A stretch of DNA of 64,000 bases from assembly GCA_031254895.1 (NCBI GenBank), contig JAIRTO010000324.1, positions 13 through 64,012 of the forward strand, in the 5' to 3' direction. The notes under the pieces were generated by a model. The model saw only the letters and a program-made list of their open reading frames with translations. It had not been told where the DNA came from and searched no databases. Below, piece by piece: positions 52,259 to 59,751 of this stretch. This stretch comes from Deltaproteobacteria bacterium. GTDB taxonomy: Bacteria; Desulfobacterota; Desulfarculia; Adiutricales; Adiutricaceae. The number at the start of each line of letters is the position of its first letter. Position 1 is the first letter of the stretch. The translations under genes and the position numbers were made by a program.

Positions 52259-52744
52259 GTGAGCGGCAGGCAGGCCAAAACCAACGCGGCCAGGTTTTTG
52301 GACGGTCTGGGGACGCCCTACGAGCTCTTGACTTGCCAAATCGATCCGGCCGATCTTTCGGCCGAAACCGCAGCCGTCGCCTTGGGTCTGCCGCCGGAGA
52401 TGGTCTATAAAACATTGCTCCTGCGCGGTTCGGACTCGACCTTGCTCGAGGCTTGTCTGCCGGCCGATCGCGAGCTTGATCTAAAAGCCTTAGCCAAGGC
52501 CGCCGGTCTTCGATCGGCGGCCTTGGCGCCTTTGAAGGAGCTGTTCCCCTTGACCGGCTATCGCCGGGGCGGCTGTTCGCCTTTTGGCGGCAAGCGCCGC
52601 TTTCCTCTCTTCGTCCATGAAGATGTCGTCCTCTTGGACAAGATGGCCGTCAACGCCGGCGCCGTCGGCTTGATGTTTCTTATGAAGCCGGACGATTTTC
52701 TGCGCGCCGGCGAAGGCGTCTTGGCGCCTATAGTCAAGATTTGA
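52259..52744 (+). CDS. ybaK: Cys-tRNA(Pro)/Cys-tRNA(Cys) deacylase YbaK/EbsC family
   Basis: TNAARFLDGLGTPYELL...YKTLLL...GGCSPFG; 161 aa. It starts 2 nt after the flavodiiron stop. Confidence 0.85.
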   Translation: MSGRQAKTNAARFLDGLGTPYELLTCQIDPADLSAETAAVALGLPPEMVYKTLLLRGSDSTLLEACLPADRELDLKALAKAAGLRSAALAPLKELFPLTGYRRGGCSPFGGKRRFPLFVHEDVVLLDKMAVNAGAVGLMFLMKPDDFLRAGEGVLAPIVKI

Positions 52745-53223
52745 TCGAGAGCTTTCGCGTCGTCTTCGCCCCTCCTCCAGGCCCCGCCTTTTTCGCCTTC
52801 CCTCGTCTTGCCGTCTTTCCTTCCGCCTCGCCGTCGCTTAGGCTCTCCGAAGCGCCGCAGCTCAGCCGCTCCGTCTCTCCGCATTGTCGATTGTCGTCGA
52901 ATATGCGATAATTTCGGAGGAAATAAGAGTTTTTCCTGCTCCAAGACGGCTTTTTGGTTCGTCGGCGGAGCCTTGCGTCTCGGCGTCTTTTTTGGCTGTC
53001 GAGGAAACGGCCGTTTTTTTTCGACGCGCGGCGAAAGGTTCATCTTCGCCTCGACGGCGGCTTGCCGGTCTTCGGCGTTATCGCGCGTTCGCCTCGACGG
53101 CGGTTTGGCGTTCTTCGGCCTTTTCGCTCGTTGGCCTCGCCGGACGAGGATGACAAGAACCGTCTCGCCCTTTTCTGACGCTATTTTTTCCGGCCTTATC
53201 TTTTTTTTGGAGAAACGCTCATT

Positions 53224-54669
53224 TTGTCGACTTATCATCCTAAGATTCTGGCTCTGGATCTCGACGGCACCCTTTTAGGGACCGATTCGTTGTGGGAGCT
53301 TTTTTTTAAAGGTCTGTCTTTGGGCCGAATAAGCCCTCTTTTATGGCTCCTGACGGGACGGCTGTCCTTCAAAAGAAGGCTGGCCGAGACGGTGGATTTG
53401 GACTTGGCTTTGTTGCCTTGGAACCCCAAGGTCATCGAGCTGGCTTTGGCGCATAAGGCCAAGGGGGGAGAAGTCTGGCTGGCCACCGCCGCCAACGAGG
53501 CCATGGCCAAAAAAGTCGTGGCCCATTTCGATTTTTTTTCCGGCTATATGGGTTCGGATCGTCAGGTCAATCTCAAAAGCGCGGCCAAGGCCCTGGAGCT
53601 GTCTCGCCGTTTCGGTCCGGGAAAATTCATCTACGCCGGCGATTCCGGAGCCGACGTCGCGGTTTGGCGGGAAGCCGGCGGAGCCGTCGTCGTGGGTTCG
53701 GAGAAGTTGGCCGGCCGAGCCGAGCCCAGGCAAGGCCGGGTGGAAACGGTTCCGCCCGTCGGAACCAAGAGCCCGTCGCCGGCCTTGGTTCTGAAGACCG
53801 CCCGAGCCGGCCAATGGGTCAACAACTTGTGGCTCTTGGTTCCCTTGTTGGCGGCCGGTCTTTCCGCCTCGTCAAATTTGGCCCAAGCCGCTCTGGCCCT
53901 GGTCGTTTTTTGCCTGTATTCTTCCGCCGCCAGCGTCGCGGGCGACCTGCTGAGCGTGGAATCGGATCGGCGAAGCCCGAAAACGCGCCAGAGTCCCTTC
54001 GCCTCAGGGGCCTTGGATCTCTCCCGGGGCGGCTTCATTTTTCTGGGCTCCCTTTTGGTCGGACTGTCGGCTTCCCTATTTCTTGGCTGGGCTTTCTTTT
54101 TCTTGGCCCTTTTGCATCTTTTTTTCTCAATTATTTATTCTCTTTCGATCAAAAACAGATTTATTTTGGACGCAGTCGCTTTCGCTCTTCTGTTCGTCGT
54201 GCGGCTTCTGGCCGGGAGCGCGGCCATGGGAGTCAGGAACTCCTTATGGCTCATACTTTTTTCGTTTTTTCTCTTCGCCTCTTTAGGTCTCGTCAAGCGT
54301 TTAATTTCAATTAGGTCGCGAACTCCGGCCGAAGAGGCGTCGGCCGTCGCTTTTCAGCCGTTCAAAATCGCCGAATCGGCTCTAGTCAAATTTCTTTGCG
54401 TTGTCTGCATTTGCGCGACAGCGCCGACGCTGCTCGTTTTCGCGAGCGACGAGGCCGCCTGGAGCCTCTATGGGAGGCAGAGGGAGATACATAGGTTGTT
54501 ATTATTGCTTTGTGCGGCTCTTTTCTACTGGCTGGTCAGATTCTTGAAGATGGCCGACGCGGGACGTATTGGGAGAGAGCCGTTATCCTTCTTGCGGAAG
54601 GACAAAATCAGCTGGATCTGTCTGGGGTTGGGGGCGGTCGTTCTTATTCTGGATATTTTGGCGGCTTGA
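53224..54669 (+). CDS. HAD-like hydrolase fused to a UbiA-superfamily prenyltransferase (decaprenyl-phosphate phosphoribosyltransferase-like) membrane domain
   Basis: N-terminal HAD motif ILALDLDGTLLGT. The membrane part has RAGQWVNNLWLLVPLLAAG and GDLLSVESDRRSPKTRQSPFASG, aligning with RxxQWxKN and NDxxDxxxDRxHPxKxxRPxAxG of the DPPRS/UbiA family. Confidence 0.75.
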   Translation: MSTYHPKILALDLDGTLLGTDSLWELFFKGLSLGRISPLLWLLTGRLSFKRRLAETVDLDLALLPWNPKVIELALAHKAKGGEVWLATAANEAMAKKVVAHFDFFSGYMGSDRQVNLKSAAKALELSRRFGPGKFIYAGDSGADVAVWREAGGAVVVGSEKLAGRAEPRQGRVETVPPVGTKSPSPALVLKTARAGQWVNNLWLLVPLLAAGLSASSNLAQAALALVVFCLYSSAASVAGDLLSVESDRRSPKTRQSPFASGALDLSRGGFIFLGSLLVGLSASLFLGWAFFFLALLHLFFSIIYSLSIKNRFILDAVAFALLFVVRLLAGSAAMGVRNSLWLILFSFFLFASLGLVKRLISIRSRTPAEEASAVAFQPFKIAESALVKFLCVVCICATAPTLLVFASDEAAWSLYGRQREIHRLLLLLCAALFYWLVRFLKMADAGRIGREPLSFLRKDKISWICLGLGAVVLILDILAA

Positions 54670-54827
54670 AGGGGCTATTTTTTTTTAAAAATCTCCGCTC
54701 CGTCGGCTTGAGATTGCGGCGGCCAGGTCGACGGGCCAAACGAGACGCCAGGCCTCGGGAGACTCTCTCAGCCCAGGCGAGTTGACAAGCCCCAGACGAC
54801 TCGCTCGGCCCCGGTCAAGTCGCCAGG

Positions 54828-54941
54828 CCCAGGGCAAGTCGCCAGTCCTCTGGGAGAGTCGTTTGAATCAGACGAGTCGCTTCGCCCAGGGCAAGTCGCC
54901 AGGCCCCAGAGAGAGTCGTTCGAACCAGACGAGTCGCCTGG
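54828..54941. repeat. 57-bp tandem direct repeat x2 within a broader stutter zone (54770-54990)
   Basis: Copy 1 starts at 54828 (cccagggcaagtcgccagtcctctgggagagtcgtttgaatcagacgagtcgcttcg). Copy 2 starts at 54885 (cccagggcaagtcgccaggccccagagagagtcgttcgaaccagacgagtcgcctgg). Confidence 0.85.
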
Positions 54942-55335
54942 CCCGGAAAGTCGCCAGGCTCCCGACGAGACGCTTGGCCCCGGCTTGAACAGACCGCCGG
55001 TCGACTGGGGAGCCCGCGACCGATTCTTTCTGCGCCAAATCGGCTCTCCGCCTGTCTTTCTGACCGACTATATGGTCGACTGGCAGGCTGACTAACTGAC
55101 CGACTGGCTGAATGACTGGTTGGCTGATTGGCTGCCCGTCTGACTTATTGATTAGGCTATGGCCGATCTCGCCCGGTTCGGAGCGGGACGCGGCCGTAGC
55201 TTTTTTTTGGCCAACAAAAGCTCCTTACGGATCAGGGCTTTGGGACAAACCTGCCCAACGAGGCACGTTTGGCGAAGCTTATGAAACGAATCGAAGCTTC
55301 GCCCGGCGGTTCTTTCGTATCCCTGGCGAAACTCT

Positions 55336-55540
55336 CGGCCGAACCCCAGGCCAAATCCTTGGCTGAACCCCTAGCCAAATCACTGCCGAATCGCTGCCCG
55401 AATCCTTGACCGAATCTCGGCCAGAATCCCTGACCGAATTTCGGCCGAACCTCGGCAGAACCCCCAGCCAAATCCCAGGCCGAATCCATAGCCAAATACC
55501 CCATCGAATCCACAGCCAAAGCCCATGACCTGACCTCTGG
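55336..55540. repeat. Stutter array of (g)gcc(g/a)aat(c)c words, about 200 bp
   Basis: ggccgaaccccaggccaaatccttggctgaacccctagccaaatcactgccgaatcgctgcccgaatccttgaccgaatctcggccagaatccctgaccgaatttcggccgaacc... Confidence 0.8.
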
Positions 55541-55566
55541 CCCGGCACCCAGGCCGAGGGCGGGGG

Positions 55567-55584
55567 TTTTACAAAAATTTTACA
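55567..55584 (+). promoter_or_regulatory. Pho-box candidate TTTTACA-AAAA-TTTTACA upstream of pstC
   Basis: Perfect 7-4-7 direct repeat with 11-bp periodicity, 44 bp upstream of the pstC ATG. The TTTACA hexamers match the TT(A/T/C)ACA PhoP/PhoB-type half-site. Confidence 0.5.
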
Positions 55585-55627
55585 TCCTCATGACGTTAAT
55601 TTGGTCGGCAGTAGGTTACTTTAAAAC

Positions 55628-56554
55628 ATGACCAGCGGGCAGACCAAAAATCTCATCTTCAAAATCGTTGCCGGCATGGCGGCCGCCAGCGTTCTCGCGA
55701 TCGTCGCGGCTATGGCCGCGACCCTCTACGTTCAATCCCGCCCGGCTCTGACTCGTTTCGGCTTCGTCAATTTTCTGACCTCGACCAGCTGGAACTACGG
55801 TCAAGAGGTCTTCGGGGCGGCCAGACCTCTGTTCGGGACGTTCGCCAGCGCCTTATTGGCCCTGATCGTGGCCGTACCGGCGGCTTTGGGCATAGCCGTT
55901 TTTTTGACCGAGATTTGTCCCTCCAAACTGCGAGGCGTCATCGCTGCGGCTCTGGAGCTTCTGGCGGCCATTCCCAGCATCATCTACGGCATGTGGGGAC
56001 TGTTCATCCTGGCTCCGGCTTTGGAGAAGTTCGTTCAGCCGCTGGTCGGGGAGACTTTGGGGCGACTGCCTTTGATAGGCTCGTTCTTTCAGACCAAGCT
56101 GGCCGGAGGGGTCAATCTCTTCACCGCCTCAATGATTCTCGCGATCATGATCGTTCCTTTCATCAGCGGCATCGCCCGCGAAGCCATGGCTCAGGTCCCG
56201 CCGATGCTGAAAGAGTCGTCTTACGCCTTGGGGGCCACCCGCTGGGAGACGGTTCGCCGGGTGGTCGTTCCTTACGTCAAAACGGCCCTGGCGGGCGGAA
56301 TAGTCATGGCCATGGGCCGGGCTCTGGGAGAGACCATGGCCGTGGCCTACGTCATCGGCAACCGCCACGCTCCCTTGGAGTCCATTTTTTCGCCTTACGT
56401 GACCATCACCTCCGTCATGGCCAACGAATTCAACGAGGCCGGCGGTCTGCAGCTGTCGGCCTTGTTTTCTTTGGCCTTTTTTCTCTTCGCGGCCAATTTT
56501 CTGGCTTTGACCCTGGCCAAACGGCTTTTGGGCGGAAAAAAGTGGACCATCTAA
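55628..56554 (+). CDS. pstC: Phosphate ABC transporter permease PstC
   Basis: 308 aa with 6 TM helices and the EAA-loop region ISGIAREAMAQVPPMLKESSYALGATRWETVRRVVVP. Confidence 0.93.
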   Translation: MTSGQTKNLIFKIVAGMAAASVLAIVAAMAATLYVQSRPALTRFGFVNFLTSTSWNYGQEVFGAARPLFGTFASALLALIVAVPAALGIAVFLTEICPSKLRGVIAAALELLAAIPSIIYGMWGLFILAPALEKFVQPLVGETLGRLPLIGSFFQTKLAGGVNLFTASMILAIMIVPFISGIAREAMAQVPPMLKESSYALGATRWETVRRVVVPYVKTALAGGIVMAMGRALGETMAVAYVIGNRHAPLESIFSPYVTITSVMANEFNEAGGLQLSALFSLAFFLFAANFLALTLAKRLLGGKKWTI

Positions 56555-56583
56555 AGAGCAGGAAACTGAAAAATCTCGTGGCC

Positions 56584-57387
56584 ATGACTCTGGCCACGTT
56601 GTGCGCGGCCGCCGGGTTGGCTCTGCTGTTCGTGATCCTCTACGACGTTTTGGTCGAGGGCCTGGGCGCCTTGAAGCTCAGGCTCTTCACCCAAGATCCG
56701 GCCCCGCCCAACCTCGCCGACGCCGGCGGGCTGCGGGGCGCCTTTTTGGGTCAGGGGCTCCTGACTCTGGTCGCCGCCGCCGTCGGCGTCCCCGCCGGAG
56801 TCATGGGGGGCACCTTTCTGGCCGAATACGGCCGAAACAGCCGGATATGCCGATTGATCAGTGCCTTGAGCGACATGGCCGTCTCCATACCCTCCATCGT
56901 CATAGGGGCGTTCGCCTACGCCGTCCTCGTCAAACCCATGGGCGGGTTCAACGGCTGGGCCGGAGCGGCGGCTTTGGCCATCATCATCCTCCCGATAATC
57001 CTGCGAACCACGGAAGAGATGCTGAACATCGTGCCCTGGGAGCTGAGGGAAGCGGCTTTCGCTTTGGGGGCTCCGCAGCATAAGGTGATAATCGGCATCG
57101 TCTGGCGCTCGGCCAAGAGCGGCCTCTTCACCGGGGCGCTTTTGGCCATAGCCAGGGTGGCCGGGGAGACGGCCCCGCTGTTGTTCACCTCCTTCAACAG
57201 CAATTTTTTTAAGCTGAATCTCTCGGAAGCCGTGCCGTCCATAACCGTCAGCATATATCAGTACGCGGCCTCTCCCTACGAGAGTTGGACGGAAATGGCC
57301 TGGGCGGCCGCGTTCGTGGTCACCGTCTTCGTTTTGTTGCTGAATCTCGTCGGTCGGGCGGCGCTGAAATTCAAGAAAGTCGGCTGA
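56584..57387 (+). CDS. pstA: Phosphate ABC transporter permease PstA
   Basis: This is the C-terminal part of ORF-track 55915..57387. It reads [23 protein letters not shown]..., with EAA loop [31 protein letters not shown]. The start is ATG 56584 or GTG 56578. Confidence 0.9.
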   Translation: MTLATLCAAAGLALLFVILYDVLVEGLGALKLRLFTQDPAPPNLADAGGLRGAFLGQGLLTLVAAAVGVPAGVMGGTFLAEYGRNSRICRLISALSDMAVSIPSIVIGAFAYAVLVKPMGGFNGWAGAAALAIIILPIILRTTEEMLNIVPWELREAAFALGAPQHKVIIGIVWRSAKSGLFTGALLAIARVAGETAPLLFTSFNSNFFKLNLSEAVPSITVSIYQYAASPYESWTEMAWAAAFVVTVFVLLLNLVGRAALKFKKVG

Positions 57388-57394
57388 GGCGAAC

Positions 57395-58150
57395 ATGGAA
57401 GATCTGTTGGAAGTCAAAAATTTGAGTTTTTTCTATGGCGCCGATCAGGCCTTGAAGGACGTGACTCTGCCGATCAGAAAAAACAGCATCACCTCGCTCA
57501 TCGGTCCTTCCGGCTGCGGCAAGACGACGCTTCTGCGCTGTTTCAACAGGATGCACGATCTTTACCCCAAAAACCGCTACGCAGGAGAGATCCTCATGGC
57601 CGGGCGGAACATCTTGAGCGACGGGGTGGACGTCTTGAAGCTCCGAAACGCCATGGGCATGGTCTTTCAAAAACCAACCCCCTTTCCCATGAGCGTCTTC
57701 GACAACGTCGCCTACGGTCTGAGGCTGAAAAGCGTCCGGAACATGAGCGCTCTAAGGGAGAAGGTGGAAAAGGCCCTGCGTCAGGCGGCCGTTTGGGACG
57801 AGGTCAAAGATCGGCTTCACCGGAACGCCGCCGGACTCTCCGGCGGGCAGCAGCAGAGACTGGTCATCGCCCGGACTCTGGCCGTGGAGCCAAAGGTCAT
57901 TCTCTTCGACGAGTCCACCAGCGCCTTGGATCCCATTTCCGCCAAAAAAATCGAAGAGCTGATGGCGGAGCTCAAAAAAGAAGTCACCATCGTGGCCGTC
58001 ACCCATAACATGCAGCAGGCGGCTCGTATTTCGGACTACACCGCCCTGATGTACCTAGGCTCCTTGGTGGAATTCGACGAGACGGGAGTCATCTTCACCA
58101 AGCCCAAGCATAAGATGACCGAAGACTACGTCACCGGCCGCTTCGGCTGA
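57395..58150 (+). CDS. pstB: Phosphate ABC transporter ATP-binding protein PstB
   Basis: Walker [10 protein letters not shown], signature LSGGQQQRL and Walker B ILFDEST; 251 aa. Confidence 0.96.
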   Translation: MEDLLEVKNLSFFYGADQALKDVTLPIRKNSITSLIGPSGCGKTTLLRCFNRMHDLYPKNRYAGEILMAGRNILSDGVDVLKLRNAMGMVFQKPTPFPMSVFDNVAYGLRLKSVRNMSALREKVEKALRQAAVWDEVKDRLHRNAAGLSGGQQQRLVIARTLAVEPKVILFDESTSALDPISAKKIEELMAELKKEVTIVAVTHNMQQAARISDYTALMYLGSLVEFDETGVIFTKPKHKMTEDYVTGRFG

Positions 58151-58224
58151 GCCGGCTGAGCAGGTCTTTTTCCGGCGGCGGCGCGACGGCTTTTGGTTTT
58201 TGTTAGGATTCTGCCGTTCGATTC

Positions 58225-58320
58225 TGTTCGCCTTAGGCCGAATTTTGGCCGACTCCGCGCCAATTTGTTCGCCTTAGGCCGAATTTGGTCGACTCCGCGC
58301 CAATTTGTTGGTCTTGGCCG
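58225..58320. repeat. Tandem direct repeat of 40-41 bp, about 2.3 copies, in the pstB-phoU spacer
   Basis: tgttcgccttaggccgaattttggccgactccgcgccaatt at 58225-58265, tgttcgccttaggccgaatttggtcgactccgcgccaatt at 58266-58305, then a partial copy. Confidence 0.9.
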
Positions 58321-58400
58321 GATTTTTATTCAAATTTTCTCGCCTTTGCCGCTTTGCTCGCCTTAGTTTTCTCAGCCTTCGAAAAAAAAGGGGAAGGAAA

Positions 58401-59081
58401 ATGGCTCCTTTGGAAAGTCAGTTGAGCGTCATTCGGTCCAAGGTCGCGGCCATGGGGCTGGCGGCTTCCGAAATGTTCGATCAAGCCGTCCAGTCATTGC
58501 TGAACTCGGATCATAACCTGGCCAGGGGAGTCATCGAGCGCGACTCCGAAGTGGACGGACTGGAAAACGAGATCGAGGGCTTGTGCTTGAAGTTTTTGGC
58601 CTTGAAGGCCCCTAAGGCCCAGGAGCTCCGCTACGCCGTGGCCGCGACCAGACTCATCAGCGACATAGAACGGATAGCCGATCACGCCGCCGTTCTCGGC
58701 CGGGAGAGCTTGAACCGGCGTCTTTGGCCGATTCTTTCGACTTTGCCCGGCTTTAGCGACATGGGTCGTCTGGCCGGGGACATGGTTCGAAAAGCCGTGG
58801 ATAGTTTTTTGTCTTCAGATGATCTATCGTATCTGGAAATATGTCGGCAAGACAAAAAGGTGGGCGAACGTCAGAGGGAATTGAACGAGGCCTTGGCGGC
58901 CAAGGTGGCCAAGGAGCCGGAAAAGGCTCCGGACATCGTCTCTCTCGTCAACATCGTCAGGCGCATGGAAAGAACGGCCGATCACGCCAAAAACGTCGCC
59001 GTCATGGTTCCCTACATCACTAAAGGTCTCTTGCTGCGTCACAATCCGGAGGACGGCGTCGATGCTGATTATGATGATTGA
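58401..59081 (+). CDS. phoU: Phosphate signalling complex protein PhoU
   Basis: Two PhoU repeats (ARGVIERDSEVDGLENEIE... and ...RMERTADHAKNVA). I use ATG 58401 with a GGGGAAGG RBS; the ORF-track extension runs into the 41-bp repeats. Confidence 0.9.
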   Translation: MAPLESQLSVIRSKVAAMGLAASEMFDQAVQSLLNSDHNLARGVIERDSEVDGLENEIEGLCLKFLALKAPKAQELRYAVAATRLISDIERIADHAAVLGRESLNRRLWPILSTLPGFSDMGRLAGDMVRKAVDSFLSSDDLSYLEICRQDKKVGERQRELNEALAAKVAKEPEKAPDIVSLVNIVRRMERTADHAKNVAVMVPYITKGLLLRHNPEDGVDADYDD

Positions 59082-59751
59082 AGATGAAGCCGCTCTGAGG
59101 GAGGTCATCGAGTACCGCCTCAATCGGGAGGGCTATCAGGTGGCTTCCTTCGACAACGCCAACGACGCCTTGATCGCCATCGAGGATTGCCCGCCGGATC
59201 TGATTTTATTGGATCTCATGCTGCCCGGCCTTCAGGGGCTGCAGTTTTTGGACATCCTGCGCCAGCGAGACCAGCGCACCCCGGTCGTCGTCATCTCGGC
59301 CAGAACTTCCGAAGAGGACGTCATCCGGGCTTTGGAGCGCGGCGCGGACGATTATCTGCCCAAACCCTTCAGCGTGAAGCTTCTGGAGACGAAGGTCAAA
59401 GTGGCCTTGCGTCGGAGCTCCGGCGAAGAGACGGTTCCGGGAGGTCTCTTGTCCAGCGGAGGGGTGGTCGTCGATCTGGGCGGACACAAGGCGACCATCG
59501 ACGACAAGGAGATCCAGCTGACCCAAAAAGAGTTCGATCTTCTGGTTCTCTTCATCAGAAAGCCCGGCAAGGTTTTTACCAGAAACCAGCTTCTGAACGT
59601 CATTTGGGGCTATGAAAACGACGTCAACAGCCGAACCGTCGACGTCCACATGGCCATGCTCCGCAAGAAGCTGGCCGACAAGGGCCGTTACATCAGAACG
59701 TTGCCGAAGATAGGCTACCTCTGGGAGGTCAGGCCAGGCGAAGCCAAATGA
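59062..59751 (+). CDS. phoB: OmpR/PhoB-family response regulator
   Basis: REC domain (MMIEDEAALRE, LILLDLMLPG, DDYLPKPF) plus a winged-helix domain (LTQKEFDLLVLFIRKPGKVFTRNQLL...VDVHMAMLRKKL). It overlaps the phoU stop; alternative ATGs lie at 59071 and 59074. Confidence 0.88.
   Translation: MLIMMIEDEAALREVIEYRLNREGYQVASFDNANDALIAIEDCPPDLILLDLMLPGLQGLQFLDILRQRDQRTPVVVISARTSEEDVIRALERGADDYLPKPFSVKLLETKVKVALRRSSGEETVPGGLLSSGGVVVDLGGHKATIDDKEIQLTQKEFDLLVLFIRKPGKVFTRNQLLNVIWGYENDVNSRTVDVHMAMLRKKLADKGRYIRTLPKIGYLWEVRPGEAK

Noticed and set aside
55915-56583. N-terminal 223 codons of ORF-track 55915..57387 (490 aa)
   Set aside because: This part overlaps pstC out of frame and is Arg/Gly/His-rich nonsense. 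Only the C-terminal part, from about 56584, is PstA.
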